A stretch of DNA of 38,505 bases. Origin: Actinomycetes bacterium (lineage in GTDB: Bacteria; Actinomycetota; Actinomycetes; S36-B12). The position numbers and the translations under genes were made by a program. How positions within the stretch are numbered: the stretch's first letter is position 1; every line of letters begins with the position of its first letter. Shown in pieces: positions 23,653 through 33,947 of this stretch. The notes under the pieces are model-generated. The model saw nothing but the letters and a program-made list of their open reading frames with translations, was not told the origin of the DNA and ran no database searches. The DNA lies in contig CBFIHB010000003.1 of assembly GCA_965662415.1 (NCBI GenBank), positions 1 through 38,505 on the forward strand, read 5' to 3'.

Positions 23653-24147
23653 CTAGCGCTTGCTGTACTGCGGCGCCTTGCGGGCCTTCTTCAAGCCGTA
23701 CTTCTTGCGTTCCTTGGCGCGCGGGTCGCGTGTGAGGAAGCCCGCCTTCTTCAGCGAGGAGCGATTGTTCTCTTCATCGATTGCGCTCAACGCCCGGGCG
23801 ATGCCGAGGCGAAGGGCTCCGGCCTGGCCGGAGGTTCCGCCACCGTTGATACGGGCGATCACATCGAAGCGCCCTTCGGCTCCAAGGGTGACGAACGGCT
23901 CTTTGACTTCCTGCTGGTGGACCTTGTTCGGGAAGTACCCATCCAGGGTCCGACCGTTGATCGTCCACTGGCCGGTCCCGGGGACGAGCCGGACGCGCGC
24001 GATTGCTTGCTTGCGTCGACCGGTTGCAGCCCCGGGGGCCTCGGTGATCGCACGCGGCGTGGGAGCAGCGGAAGGGGTCTCGCTGGTGTACTCCGAAGGA
24101 GCGTCGATCTCCTCGACGTCCTCGATATCGACAGTTGCCTCAGACAC
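23653..24147 (-). CDS. rpsI: 30S ribosomal protein S9
   Basis: [40 protein letters not shown] follows a GAGGA RBS. Confidence 0.97.
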   Translation of the reverse strand: MSEATVDIEDVEEIDAPSEYTSETPSAAPTPRAITEAPGAATGRRKQAIARVRLVPGTGQWTINGRTLDGYFPNKVHQQEVKEPFVTLGAEGRFDVIARINGGGTSGQAGALRLGIARALSAIDEENNRSSLKKAGFLTRDPRAKERKKYGLKKARKAPQYSKR

Positions 24148-24185
24148 GGTTTCCTCTTCTTTCGTTTCTATCAAAACCCGCGCGG

Positions 24186-24629
24186 CTACTGCGCGACCTG
24201 GGAGATCTCGAACGGCTGGGGATTTTGAGCAGAGTGTGGATGCTCGGCTCCGGCGTAGACCTTCAGCTTCTTGAGCTGCTGACGCCCCAACTTGTTGTGC
24301 GGGAGCATTCCCTTGACGGCCTTCTCGATGGCGCGTTCGGAATTAGTGGTGAGCAGGTCCTCGTAGGACGTGGACTTCAGACCACCGGGGTATCCAGAGT
24401 GGCGATGGTCCATCTTCTGCTCACGCTTGGATCCGGTGAGAGCCACCTTGTCCGCATTGACGATGACCACGAAGTCACCGGTGTCCACATGGGGCGCGAA
24501 CGTGGGCTTGTGCTTGCCGCGCAACAGACGGGCGGCGTGGGTGGCGAGGCGACCGAGAACTACATCGGTCGCGTCGATGACATGCCAGTTGCGAGTGATC
24601 TCGCCGGCTTTGGGGCTGTAGGTGCGCAC
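24186..24629 (-). CDS. rplM: 50S ribosomal protein L13
   Basis: WHVIDA..VLGRLA, LRGKHKP, DTGDFV, HSGYPGG, GMLP. Start at GTG (VRTYSPK). Confidence 0.97.
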   Translation of the reverse strand: MRTYSPKAGEITRNWHVIDATDVVLGRLATHAARLLRGKHKPTFAPHVDTGDFVVIVNADKVALTGSKREQKMDHRHSGYPGGLKSTSYEDLLTTNSERAIEKAVKGMLPHNKLGRQQLKKLKVYAGAEHPHSAQNPQPFEISQVAQ

Positions 24630-24776
24630 AGGACGCCGCCTTCTTTCTCGTCGGGACTGGTTTCTGCACTCCCTCGGGCGGAAGGAGCCGTACTGGCCGC
24701 CTTCCGGGCGTCCAGGCCGCCTCTCCATGGGGAAGTTGGCAGCAACGGCAAAGGCTACCGGAGGCGGAATTGATCC

Positions 24777-25109
24777 CTACGCGAGGGTGATCCACACCTT
24801 GCGCAACGGCTCGGTGACGGTCCAGGGAGTCCTCGCCCCCATCGGCAGCAAGCCAACTACGCCCGGGGCGAGCTCGATGCGGCCGCCTTGGTCGCAGGTG
24901 ACCGTTCCCCGTCCTTCGAGGACCACGAACACCTCCTCGACCTCCACATCCGTGGACGTCCCCACCGAGTGTTCCCAGACCCCCACCTCCATGTCGCCCA
25001 GGGTGGCCTCAGACCGGACGGCCGTGGTGACATCCCCGCTGACATTGCGCGCAGCATCGAGTGGGGAATGCTCGAGCGGAGCCTTGGTGGCATCGAAGGA
25101 GCGAATCAC
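24777..25109 (-). CDS. Cupin domain protein (DUF861/EutQ-like)
   Basis: GVWEHSVG, EEVFVVLEGRG, WTVTEPLRKVW. Confidence 0.85.
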   Translation of the reverse strand: MIRSFDATKAPLEHSPLDAARNVSGDVTTAVRSEATLGDMEVGVWEHSVGTSTDVEVEEVFVVLEGRGTVTCDQGGRIELAPGVVGLLPMGARTPWTVTEPLRKVWITLA

Positions 25110-25142
25110 GCTCGCAGCGTAGGCCGCACATCATGGCGCCGC

Positions 25143-25964
25143 CTATCCACCCGGGCGACGCAGAGTGCGGGTCGTCTCCTGGCGACCCTTCCACAGTGAC
25201 TCGGGCGGATAGCCCACTTCCTCGAGGACGAGCGGATGAGCGGGCATGACGGTTACTCCCGCCTCGCGCGCCTTACTCTCGAGTGCAACCCGCGGATACT
25301 CGACCGGCTTTCGGTGCTCGCCCACAGGGATGAGAGCTCCGGCGAGGCTGCGCACCATCGAGTGGCAGAAGGCATCTGCGGTCACATGCATGACGGCAGT
25401 AGCGATGCGTGTCCGCGGATCAACAACGCGCTCCCAGTACAGGTCGAGGATCTCCCGCACAGTGGTTCCGTGTTCTTTGAGCTTGCAATAGCTGGTGAAA
25501 TCGTGTTCGCCGACGAGTGCCTGCGCGGCCTCGTTCATCGCAGATATGTCGAGTTCTCCAGGCCGATTGAGCTGGTATCGACGCTGCAATGGATCGGGAC
25601 CACGGTGGTCATCGCACACCGAGTAGGAGTAGCGCCGCCAGAGTGCAGAGAAGCGAGCGTCGAAGTCACCGGAAACCGGTGTCAAGTCCAGGATCCGGAT
25701 GTCAGTGGGCAGCGCTCGATTGATGCGCCCTGCGCTCAGGTCGACGCGCACCTTGCTATCGAAGTGCGCGACTTGACCTCGAGCGTGCACCCCGGCATCG
25801 GTTCGGCCCGCGCAGGTGAGTTCGATCGGTTCGGAGATCAGTTGACCTAGAACCCGGGAGAGTTCACCCTCGACAGTTCGTAGGTCGCGCTGTTGGGCCC
25901 AGCCGTGGAATTCCGTGCCGTCGTACGCGATCAACAAACGAAGACGGGTGGTCGAATCACTCAT
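25143..25964 (-). CDS. truA: tRNA pseudouridine(38-40) synthase
   Basis: AYDGTEFHGW, AGRTDAGVHA, FDARFSA, GEHDF, FCHSMVR. Confidence 0.96.
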   Translation of the reverse strand: MSDSTTRLRLLIAYDGTEFHGWAQQRDLRTVEGELSRVLGQLISEPIELTCAGRTDAGVHARGQVAHFDSKVRVDLSAGRINRALPTDIRILDLTPVSGDFDARFSALWRRYSYSVCDDHRGPDPLQRRYQLNRPGELDISAMNEAAQALVGEHDFTSYCKLKEHGTTVREILDLYWERVVDPRTRIATAVMHVTADAFCHSMVRSLAGALIPVGEHRKPVEYPRVALESKAREAGVTVMPAHPLVLEEVGYPPESLWKGRQETTRTLRRPGG

Positions 25965-25997
25965 GATTCGACCACCCGTCGTGCGTAGTTGGACCGG

Positions 25998-26579
25998 TTA
26001 CTTGGCGTCGTCGCTGCCCTCTTCGGCAGTTTCCTCCGCGGCAACTTCTTCGACGGTGTCCTCGACGATCTCCTCGGACACCGCTTCGTCGACCGCGTCC
26101 TCAGCGACGTCTTCAAGCGCGGCTTCCTGTGCTGTTTCGACGACTGCAGTCGCCTGCTCTTCCTCGCGCTCCTTAGCGGCGCGCTTGGTGGCCCCGGTGG
26201 CCTCGGCTACGACCTGCTCGAGCATCGGCTCGACGAGCTCGATCACCGCCATCGGCGCGTTATCGCCCTTACGCGGACCGATCTTGGTGATGCGCGTGTA
26301 CCCACCCGGGCGACCGGCGTACTGCGGACCAATCTCGGTGAACAGCACGTGCACCACGGACTTGTCGCGCACCACTGTCATGACCTTGCGCCGAGCCGCG
26401 AGGTCGCCGCGCTTGGCGAACGTGATGAGTCGCTCCGCAAGCGGACGTAGCCTCTTGGCTTTCGCCTCGGTGGTGGTGATCTTGCCGTGCTCGAACAACG
26501 CGGTGGCCAGGTTCGCCAGCATCAGCCGTTCGTGCGCCGGGCCTCCGCCGAGGCGGGCACCCTTAGTTGGCGTGGGCAT
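25998..26579 (-). CDS. rplQ: 50S ribosomal protein L17 with acidic C-terminal tail
   Basis: [38 protein letters not shown]. Confidence 0.97.
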   Translation of the reverse strand: MPTPTKGARLGGGPAHERLMLANLATALFEHGKITTTEAKAKRLRPLAERLITFAKRGDLAARRKVMTVVRDKSVVHVLFTEIGPQYAGRPGGYTRITKIGPRKGDNAPMAVIELVEPMLEQVVAEATGATKRAAKEREEEQATAVVETAQEAALEDVAEDAVDEAVSEEIVEDTVEEVAAEETAEEGSDDAK

Positions 26580-26606
26580 ATCGATTCTCCTCGTCGCGCT
26601 CTAGAT

Positions 26607-27662
26607 CTAGAGCTGCTCGTCCTCGGCGTAGGCGAAATCGTCGCCCTCGGTTGCGTCGTAGTTTTCGAACTGCTCGTCGCCTTCTTCATCGGCGAAGTAG
26701 ACGGCCGCGCCAGGGTCGAATCCAGGCGGGCTGTCCTTGAGTGCAAGACCCAGACCGGCGAGCTTGACCTTGACCTCATCGATCGACTTCTGCCCGAAGT
26801 TACGGATGTCGAGGAGGTCGGCCTCGCTGCGAGTGATGAGTTCTCCGACGGTGTGGATTCCCTCGCGCTTGAGGCAGTTGTAGGAGCGAACAGTCATGTC
26901 CAATTGCTCGATCGGAGTGCCCAGCTGCTCGGCCACGAACGCATCGGTTGGCGACGGGCCGATGTCGATGCCTTCAGCGTCGACATTCAACTCACGGGCC
27001 AAGCCGAACAGTTCGACGAGGGTGTGCCCTGCGGACGCAATGGCATCGCGCGGACGCATGCTTGGCTTGGTCTCGACGTCCAACACGAGCTTGTCGAAGT
27101 CGGTCCGTTGCTCGACACGGGTGGCCTCAACCTTGTAACTCACCTTCAACACCGGCGAGTAGATCGAATCCACCGGAATCCGCCCGATCTCCTGGCCTGG
27201 CTGCTTGTTCATAGTGGCAGGCACGTAGCCACGACCCCGCTCGACTACGAGCTCGATCTCGAGCTTGCCCTTGGCATTCAAGGTTGCGATCTGAAGGTCG
27301 GGGTTGTGCACCTCGACTCCAGCGGGCGGTTGGATGTCAGCGGCAGTGACGGTCCCGGGACCCTGCTTGCGCAGGTACATGACGACCGGCTCGTCGTGAT
27401 CGGAGGAGACCACGAGTTGCTTGAGGTTCAAGATGATCTCGGTGGCGTCCTCGGTAACGCCATCGATGGTGCTGAACTCGTGCAGCACACCGTCGATCCG
27501 GATGCTGGTAACGGCAGCACCGGGGATCGAGGACAGCAGGGTGCGGCGCATCGAGTTGCCGAGTGTGTACCCGAAACCGGGCTCAAGGGGTTCGAGGATG
27601 AAGCGCGAGCGGAACTCGCTGATTGGCTCCTCGCTGAGGATCGGGCGTTGACTGATGAGCAC
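26607..27662 (-). CDS. rpoA: RNA polymerase subunit alpha
   Basis: [44 protein letters not shown] 27662 follows GGAAGGAAAG. Confidence 0.98.
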   Translation of the reverse strand: MLISQRPILSEEPISEFRSRFILEPLEPGFGYTLGNSMRRTLLSSIPGAAVTSIRIDGVLHEFSTIDGVTEDATEIILNLKQLVVSSDHDEPVVMYLRKQGPGTVTAADIQPPAGVEVHNPDLQIATLNAKGKLEIELVVERGRGYVPATMNKQPGQEIGRIPVDSIYSPVLKVSYKVEATRVEQRTDFDKLVLDVETKPSMRPRDAIASAGHTLVELFGLARELNVDAEGIDIGPSPTDAFVAEQLGTPIEQLDMTVRSYNCLKREGIHTVGELITRSEADLLDIRNFGQKSIDEVKVKLAGLGLALKDSPPGFDPGAAVYFADEEGDEQFENYDATEGDDFAYAEDEQL

Positions 27663-27745
27663 TGTGTCTTTCCTTCCCGCGACGACCGCTATATGACGTC
27701 GCGCATTTGCGCTGTTCTCGACCCGCGGCAGGGACGAGGGATTGC

Positions 27746-28372
27746 TTACTTGGAGTAGAGCTCCACGATGAGCTGCTCTTGGACCGGGGTGTCGATGACT
27801 TCGCGCTCGGGCAGGGAGTGAACGATGATGCGCATCTTCGAGGGGACAACCTCGAGCCATGCGGGAACCGTCTTCTCTCCGACCTCTGCGTGGGCGACCA
27901 CGAACGGGGTCATCTCCTTCGAGGCCTGCTTCACCTCGATGATGTCGTTAGGTGATACGCGGTAGGAAGGGATGTCCACCTTCTTGCCGTTCACGGTGAA
28001 GTGACCGTGCGCCACCAGTTGACGGGCCATGTCCCGCGACTTGGCGAAGCCAGCCCGGTAAACGACATTGTCGAGCCGGGACTCCAGGATCCTCAGCAAG
28101 TTGTCGCCGGTCTTGCCGGCCTGGCGGTTGGCTTCGGCGTAGTAGTTCCCGAACTGCTTCTCCAGCACTCCGTAGATCCGCACGGCCTTTTGCTTCTCGC
28201 GGAGCTGGAGCAAGTACTCGCTTTCCTTGCTACGGCCGCGACCGTGCTGACCGGGTGGGTAGGGCCGCTTCTCGAACGGACACTTCGGGGATTCACACTT
28301 GCTGCCCTTGAGGAAGAGCTTCATCTTCTCGCGGCGGCAGCGCTTGCAGTCTGCGTCGGTGTAACGCGCCAT
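27746..28372 (-). CDS. rpsD: 30S ribosomal protein S4 (Cys-containing, zinc-binding type)
   Basis: MARYT, CKRC...KC...[26 protein letters not shown]. Confidence 0.97.
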   Translation of the reverse strand: MARYTDADCKRCRREKMKLFLKGSKCESPKCPFEKRPYPPGQHGRGRSKESEYLLQLREKQKAVRIYGVLEKQFGNYYAEANRQAGKTGDNLLRILESRLDNVVYRAGFAKSRDMARQLVAHGHFTVNGKKVDIPSYRVSPNDIIEVKQASKEMTPFVVAHAEVGEKTVPAWLEVVPSKMRIIVHSLPEREVIDTPVQEQLIVELYSK

Positions 28373-28402
28373 GTCGTTGCTTCTCCTATTTCCTGCGCGC
28401 GA

Positions 28403-28801
28403 TCAGACGCGGCGGCGCTTGGGGGGACGGGTGCCGTTGTGTGGCACGGGGGTGACGTCGGCGATGGAGCCAACCTCCAGGCCGGTGGCCTGCAGGGAGC
28501 GGATAGCGGTCTCACGGCCCGAGCCCGGGCCCTTGACGAACACATCGACCTTGCGCATGCCGTGTTCCATGGCGCGGCGCGCTGCGGCCTCTGCCGCCAG
28601 TTGAGCGGCGAATGGCGTGGATTTGCGGCTTCCCTTGAAGCCGACCTGTCCAGCGGAAGCCCAGGAGATCACCGCACCAGTGGGATCGGTGATCGAGACG
28701 ATGGTGTTATTGAAGGTGCTCTTGATGTGCGCGTGGCCGTGGGCGACGTTCTTCTTCTCCTTGCGGCGCACCTTCTTCGCGCCGGCTGACTTGGGGGGCA
28801 T
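28403..28801 (-). CDS. rpsK: 30S ribosomal protein S11
   Basis: [42 protein letters not shown]. Confidence 0.98.
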   Translation of the reverse strand: MPPKSAGAKKVRRKEKKNVAHGHAHIKSTFNNTIVSITDPTGAVISWASAGQVGFKGSRKSTPFAAQLAAEAAARRAMEHGMRKVDVFVKGPGSGRETAIRSLQATGLEVGSIADVTPVPHNGTRPPKRRRV

Positions 28802-28864
28802 TCAGTTGCCTGCTTTCTTGATTCTCGGACGTTCGATCGGTTAGTCGTGGTGGTGGTCGGGGAC

Positions 28865-29194
28865 CTAGGCCTTCTTCTTGCCCGCGACGGTCTTGCGCGG
28901 ACCCTTGCGGGTGCGGGCATTGGTGTGGGTGCGCTGGCCGCGAACCGGAAGGCCCTTGCGATGCCGGATGCCTTGGTAGCAGCCGATCTCCACCTTGCGA
29001 CGGACGTCCGCGGCAACTTCTCGCCGCAGATCACCTTCGACCTTGAGGTTGGCCTCGATCCAATCGCGTAGCGCGAGGGTTTGGTCGTCGGTGAGGTCCT
29101 TGGACTTCATCTCCGGATCGACTCCGGTGGCCTCGAGCGCCTTCGCCGCTTGGGAGCGGCCGACGCCGTAGATATACGTAAGCGCGATCGCCAG
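28865..29194 (-). CDS. rpsM: 30S ribosomal protein S13, 5'-truncated (C-terminal part of chimeric ORF 28865-29851)
   Basis: [43 protein letters not shown]. The usual MARxxGVDLPxxKR start is absent. Confidence 0.9.
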   Translation of the reverse strand: MAIALTYIYGVGRSQAAKALEATGVDPEMKSKDLTDDQTLALRDWIEANLKVEGDLRREVAADVRRKVEIGCYQGIRHRKGLPVRGQRTHTNARTRKGPRKTVAGKKKA

Positions 29195-29851
29195 GTTCAA
29201 CTCCGGTGCAAGCTCGGGCGCCAGATGCCCGCTCCACAGGCTCGAGTGGCCGCCTTGGGAGTGTCCCCAGACCACGTAGTCCGCACCCGCTTGGGTGTCG
29301 GTGAGGTTGCGCGCGGCGCGCACCGAGTTCACGACATCGCGGACCTCGGCTTCTTTGACCAAGTACAACTCCGGACCGGGGGTGCCCAGGCCGACGTAGT
29401 CGGTAGCGGTAACCACCCAACCAAGCGACATCATCTGGTCGAGCCAGTTGTCGGTGTCACCCAGTGGATTGGCTGCCCGCGATGGAGCGCAGGCATCGCC
29501 CATGCCGACCGTGCCGTGCGCCCATGCGACCACGGGGCGACCTTCCGGCGGCGCGGGTGTGTCCGGAATGAAGACCATGCCGCCACTGGCTGCCGGCGTG
29601 CCGTCCGGACGTTCGGAGACGTAGAGCATCCGGTAGGCCTGACCCCCGGGAACGTCGACATCCAAAGGTTCGGTACGGATCACGGTGCCCGGTTCTGCCG
29701 GGAGGGGATCGGGAGGTTCGTAGAAGGGATCGAAGGTGGCTTGTCGATCGGATCGTTCGATGTTGCTCGATATCCACCACGCTGCTGTGGCCAGGCCCGC
29801 TGCCGCCACGATCGCGGCGATGGCCACGGCGAACCACTTCAGATGCGACAT
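29192..29851 (-). pseudogene. Secretory lipase (LIP-family alpha/beta hydrolase), 3'-truncated and fused in frame to S13
   Basis: N-terminal TM/signal segment, [43 protein letters not shown]. No C-terminal Asp/His region. Confidence 0.75.
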
Positions 29852-29885
29852 GGCCACACAGTAGGTGGTGGAGCATGATGGGTGG

Positions 29886-30512
29886 GTGAGCAGTCGGGAG
29901 GTCGTCGTGGTGTCGCGGCCCTACCAATCAGAGGGCGACGTGCGCACGTTGGCTACCGATCTGCTCGCCAGCACTATGGGCCTGATGGTGTACAGCACCC
30001 AGACCGTGTGGGCTCTCGGTGAAGCGACCGCCCGGACCGTTGTCGGGTCGATGCTCGATCGAATCGTGCCGACGCTCACCGAAGCGATCGTGTCCAGGAT
30101 GAACCTGACCGATGTGGTCCTACGCAACGTGGATCTCTATGCAGTGGTAACTGCGGCGCTCGATGAACTCGACTTGACCCAAATCGTGGTGGACCGAGTA
30201 GACGTCGACCAGATCGTCGATCGCGCTGACATCGACGCGGTGGTCGACCGCGTTCCAATGCTCCAGATCGCCGATTACATCATCGAGGAGATTGATCTAC
30301 CGCAGATCATCCGCGAGAGCACCGGCGGAATCGCGATGGATGCTTTCACGACTACGAGGTTCTCCGCGGTCAAGAGCGATGAGGTCCTCTCGAAGATCGT
30401 CGGTACCTTGATGTTCCGACGCAAAGACCAACAGTCGGAATCGCACATCGAGTCCGATGTCCCACCTGAAACGCCGGTCGAAGCTCCGAACGCTGATGAG
30501 GCACCGCGATGA
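29886..30512 (+). CDS. Hypothetical protein with acidic VD/ID repeats, RDD-associated
   Basis: Repeated (V/I/L)D-x-x-x-(I/V)V-D-R units ending [12 protein letters not shown]; ATGA-coupled to the RDD gene. GTG 29886 lies 6 nt after CATGAT; the longest ORF starts at 29865. Confidence 0.75.
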   Translation: MSSREVVVVSRPYQSEGDVRTLATDLLASTMGLMVYSTQTVWALGEATARTVVGSMLDRIVPTLTEAIVSRMNLTDVVLRNVDLYAVVTAALDELDLTQIVVDRVDVDQIVDRADIDAVVDRVPMLQIADYIIEEIDLPQIIRESTGGIAMDAFTTTRFSAVKSDEVLSKIVGTLMFRRKDQQSESHIESDVPPETPVEAPNADEAPR

Positions 30513-31084
30513 CCAGCTTCCGGGAGTTTCGCGAAGAGCATGACGCTGACGAAGGCCTAGTGCTCGACACCGTTCCGAGTGCAGCGCGCCAATTCCAGGG
30601 CGAGCGCGCGGGGTTCTTCACCCGACTGATCGCGGCGGTGATCGATGTCGTCATCGTCGGCGCAATCATCTTCGGCGTCTGGATCGCGGTGTGGTTGTTC
30701 CTCTTGGTGTTCAATCCGCTGGTCGATTACGGGATGCCTCGACCCGGGTATTTCGCGCTTGGCGGCTACTTCATCATGTGGGTCTACTGGTCGTGGGGCT
30801 GGGCCACGAGTGGACGCAGCATCGGCCAGCATCTGATGGGCGTACGGGTTGTCGATCGTGACGGTCGCAAGCCAGGCTGGAAACTCGCCACTGTGCGCTC
30901 ACTGTTTTGCGTCGTCTTTCAGGTAGGAATCCTGTGGATCATCGTGAGTCCGGCAAATCGCTCGGTGCAAGATGTGGTGCTGCGTACGAGCGCCATCCAC
31001 GATTGGTCTGGGGATTTCACCAGCGGCGACTATTCCAGCTACGCACGGATCCAAACGGGCACAGCTGAAGGGAAAGCTGGGTGA
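30509..31084 (+). CDS. RDD family membrane protein
   Basis: AGFFTRLIAAVID, GRSIGQHLMGVRVV, RSVQDVVLRT; three TM segments. Confidence 0.9.
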   Translation: MTSFREFREEHDADEGLVLDTVPSAARQFQGERAGFFTRLIAAVIDVVIVGAIIFGVWIAVWLFLLVFNPLVDYGMPRPGYFALGGYFIMWVYWSWGWATSGRSIGQHLMGVRVVDRDGRKPGWKLATVRSLFCVVFQVGILWIIVSPANRSVQDVVLRTSAIHDWSGDFTSGDYSSYARIQTGTAEGKAG

Positions 31085-31821
31085 CGGCGTCGAGGCGGGT
31101 CTTGTCTCTGGCCACTGTCAGTGTTGGCCTTCTTCTCACCAGTGCGATCTCAGCACCCGTGGCGGTCCACGCCGATGTTGTCGCGACGCCACCTGGCCAG
31201 GTATCGACAGTCACGGCATCGATTGCCATGGACAACAGTTGGCAGTTCGTCGATGCCGAGTGCTTGTTTATCCCCGTCCTCACAACCTTCGGCCGGGCCG
31301 ATGACACCTCGGTGCTCGGCGAGACGACCGTCACCAAGCCCGGATCGGACGCGACCTTGAACGAGGGCACTTTCCTCGTCCTCCCCGGGGATCCTGTAGC
31401 AGGGGAGCTCCTCGATGAGATCTTCGTATGCCCGGCTGATGGCACCGGCGAGTATCGCCTCGATACGACGATCCGGGCGATCAATCCCGACTCCGAGGAA
31501 TCCTTCGCGCTCGCCCCGCTCACCTTCTGGGTACGACCGGCCACCACCACTGTCGACGGTTTCGTGGCGCGTGTGACCAAGGGCGGAATCCGTTTCAGCG
31601 GTGCCACGCGAGCTGGTGAGGGGGTGGCGACCGGAATAGTCGAGATCCGCTATCGCCTGCCCGGCACATCTCGCTGGCGACTTGCGACGTCGGCGCCGCT
31701 GGAAGAGGGCTCCTTCTCAGCACTCGTGGAGGCCGATCTCCCGGCGCGCACCCGATACCGGGCCACGGTCACCAGGTGCTCGTGGTGCTCGCGCGCTAGT
31801 GCCCGGACGACCGCGAGTTAG
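31081..31821 (+). CDS. Secreted hypothetical protein (beta-rich, C-terminal CxxC)
   Basis: Signal peptide ending VHA; GTGA-coupled to the RDD gene. Confidence 0.7.
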   Translation: MTASRRVLSLATVSVGLLLTSAISAPVAVHADVVATPPGQVSTVTASIAMDNSWQFVDAECLFIPVLTTFGRADDTSVLGETTVTKPGSDATLNEGTFLVLPGDPVAGELLDEIFVCPADGTGEYRLDTTIRAINPDSEESFALAPLTFWVRPATTTVDGFVARVTKGGIRFSGATRAGEGVATGIVEIRYRLPGTSRWRLATSAPLEEGSFSALVEADLPARTRYRATVTRCSWCSRASARTTAS

Positions 31822-31865
31822 CCCGGGTGCGGCATCGCGTCCCGGACCCTTCGTACAGTTGCCCG

Positions 31866-32540
31866 GTGCCGCTGATTCGACTCGCTCCCTTTCGTCTGCG
31901 ACTGGGAATCGGGGCTCCGAGGGCGGTGGTTTGGGCGCTGGGTTCGGCGCTGGGTTCGGCGCTGGTCTTGGCACTGGTCTTGGTACTGGGAGCAGCACCT
32001 TCCGTGCATGCTGCACAGGGCACCCAGGATGTCGTTCGCTCATCGACCAACTACGGCAGGGCGCTCTCGGCCCTCGACGACGACGTCACCTTGTGGCGTC
32101 CGACCTACACGGCTTCCCTACGTCGCAACGGGCCGATCGATGTGATCGCCTACGGTAAGGGTGACAAGCGCGCCACGTTCGCCGGCTCTACCTACGGTAA
32201 GCGTGTTCCCAGTTTCACCCTTTCCCAGAAGGCAGCCCAGACGCGTTGGGCGGCAACCCCGGTCAGTCATGAAACCGCCGGCCTCGTGCGCACCCCCTCG
32301 ATTCGCCTAGAAGACGCTGGGAACGTCCGGGTTCGCATCTTCGCCAACTGTCGTCAACCTGGAACATCGCTGCGCTCGTGCACCGCCGCAGACGTAGCGA
32401 AGTTCGGGGGAACAGCTGAGTTGCTGGCGAGATCGACCGTCGATGGGGATCCCCGCGCCACGACTGTTCGCATCGACAGTAACGGGCTTTCCTATCGACA
32501 GTTGCTACGCGTGGCACGAGGGTTGGTGCCGGTCTCGTAA
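31866..32540 (+). CDS. Secreted hypothetical protein
   Basis: Hydrophobic signal ending VHAA; TACAGT -10 box 6 nt before GTG 31866. Confidence 0.7.
   Translation: MPLIRLAPFRLRLGIGAPRAVVWALGSALGSALVLALVLVLGAAPSVHAAQGTQDVVRSSTNYGRALSALDDDVTLWRPTYTASLRRNGPIDVIAYGKGDKRATFAGSTYGKRVPSFTLSQKAAQTRWAATPVSHETAGLVRTPSIRLEDAGNVRVRIFANCRQPGTSLRSCTAADVAKFGGTAELLARSTVDGDPRATTVRIDSNGLSYRQLLRVARGLVPVS
31935..31990 (+). repeat. 12-bp tandem repeat in a signal-peptide coding region
   Basis: GCGCTGGGTTCG x2, GCGCTGGTCTTG, GCACTGGTCTTG, partial GTACTGGG, encoding ALGS ALGS ALVL ALVL VLG. Confidence 0.7.
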
Positions 32541-32620
32541 TGCGGCGCGGTCTGCACCTGCGTGTCACACCACGCCGATAGCCTGCGAGCGCGGGTCGAA
32601 GCGGGCTAAGGGAGGTCCCT

Positions 32621-33838
32621 GTGGACACAGGAAGCGCACTGATCGGCTTGTTCATCGTGCTGGCTGCTGCCATCGGTCTGGCGGCGGGTTGGTTCTTGGC
32701 TTCACGGGCAGCTGCGCGGCAATTCGCTGAGCGTGAGGCTGCGTTGGCGAGCGAATCGCAACTCCAACTGGCGAAGGCCCAAGCCGAAGTGTCCGAAGCC
32801 CAGGGACAGGCGCGGTTGCTGCAGTCCGAGCGCGACAAGCTCCAACTCGAGCAATCGTCGGGCAAGAGTTTGGAGGACCGTCTCGAGCCGATGCGCGAAG
32901 CACTTGAGGGTCTGCGCAAGCAGTCCCATAACGCCGAGGTCGAGCGCGCAAAGACCGCCGCCGAATTGCGCACCCAGATCGACGGAGTGCAGCGCAACTA
33001 CGCATCCTTGGAGACGGCCACCAAGCAACTCGTAGCGGCCATGAGCTCGGGTCAGACACGAGGTCAATGGGGGGAGATGCAACTCGAGCAACTGCTCGAG
33101 CACTCCGGCTTGGTGGAGGGCGTCCATTTCCGGCGTCAGGACTCGCGAGTGACCGAAACCGGAGGGGCTCGGCCCGACGTCGTGGTGGATATGCCCGGTG
33201 GTGGAGAGATCCTCATCGACGCCAAGTTTCCGTTCGATGCCTACTGGCGGGCGATTCAGGCGCAAGATCAAGAGGCCATCGATGTCAATCTGCGCAAACA
33301 TGCCGAAGACGTCCTCGCGCGGGCCAAGGAACTGTCCGGCAAGCGGTACTGGGAATCCACCACCAGCCCGGAGTTTGTGGTCATGTTCTTGCCGCTGGAA
33401 TCTTTGCTGTCCTCCGCCCTCGAAGTGAACGGCTTGCTCTTGCAGGAAGTTTTCGCGCGCAACGTGGTCCTGGCGACTCCCACAACGATCCTGGGAATGT
33501 TACGCACGATCCAGTTCGGCTATCAGCGCAAACTGATGGCCGACAACGCAGAGGAGATACGCGCGGCTGGCGCAGAGATGCTCAATCGATTGGAAAAGGC
33601 GGTGGAGCATCTCTCGGTACTGCGCCGAGGAATCACCGGTGCGGTAAAGGGCTACAACGATTTCGTCGGATCCTTCGACAGTCGGGTGATGGTCCAGGCG
33701 CGAAGGATGAAGGAGTTGGGGGTGGTGTCCGCAACCGAACTCGATATCCCGGCGGACATCACTGAGGCGCTGCGCGACTCACGGACCGAACTGCCCAGTG
33801 GTGAAGAATCCAGCCAGGACTCGGATACGGATCGATAG
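32621..33838 (+). CDS. rmuC: DNA recombination protein RmuC
   Basis: N-terminal TM, coiled coil, RGQWGEMQL, RPDVVV, IDAKFP, SPEFVVMFLP, LATPTT. GGAGG RBS. Confidence 0.95.
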   Translation: MDTGSALIGLFIVLAAAIGLAAGWFLASRAAARQFAEREAALASESQLQLAKAQAEVSEAQGQARLLQSERDKLQLEQSSGKSLEDRLEPMREALEGLRKQSHNAEVERAKTAAELRTQIDGVQRNYASLETATKQLVAAMSSGQTRGQWGEMQLEQLLEHSGLVEGVHFRRQDSRVTETGGARPDVVVDMPGGGEILIDAKFPFDAYWRAIQAQDQEAIDVNLRKHAEDVLARAKELSGKRYWESTTSPEFVVMFLPLESLLSSALEVNGLLLQEVFARNVVLATPTTILGMLRTIQFGYQRKLMADNAEEIRAAGAEMLNRLEKAVEHLSVLRRGITGAVKGYNDFVGSFDSRVMVQARRMKELGVVSATELDIPADITEALRDSRTELPSGEESSQDSDTDR

Positions 33839-33947
33839 CGCTAACTGCCAACCAGGCACTGCTCGGACAAGGCCTTTTGGCTGTGTTGCATCCACTCGGT
33901 GAGCAGCCATAGCCTCGAAGCGGTCGGTCGAGTAGGCAGGGGCAGAC

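Noticed and set aside
26487-27758. 423-aa plus-strand ORF
   Set aside because: Antisense shadow of rpoA.
29198-29210. Internal TTG restart that would rescue a free S13
   Set aside because: GGAG is directly adjacent to the TTG with no spacing, and the product would still lack the conserved S13 N-terminus.
33839-33947. ANTAR dual-hairpin or DosR-like box upstream of usp
   Set aside because: I could not build paired hexaloop stems or a convincing palindrome by eye.
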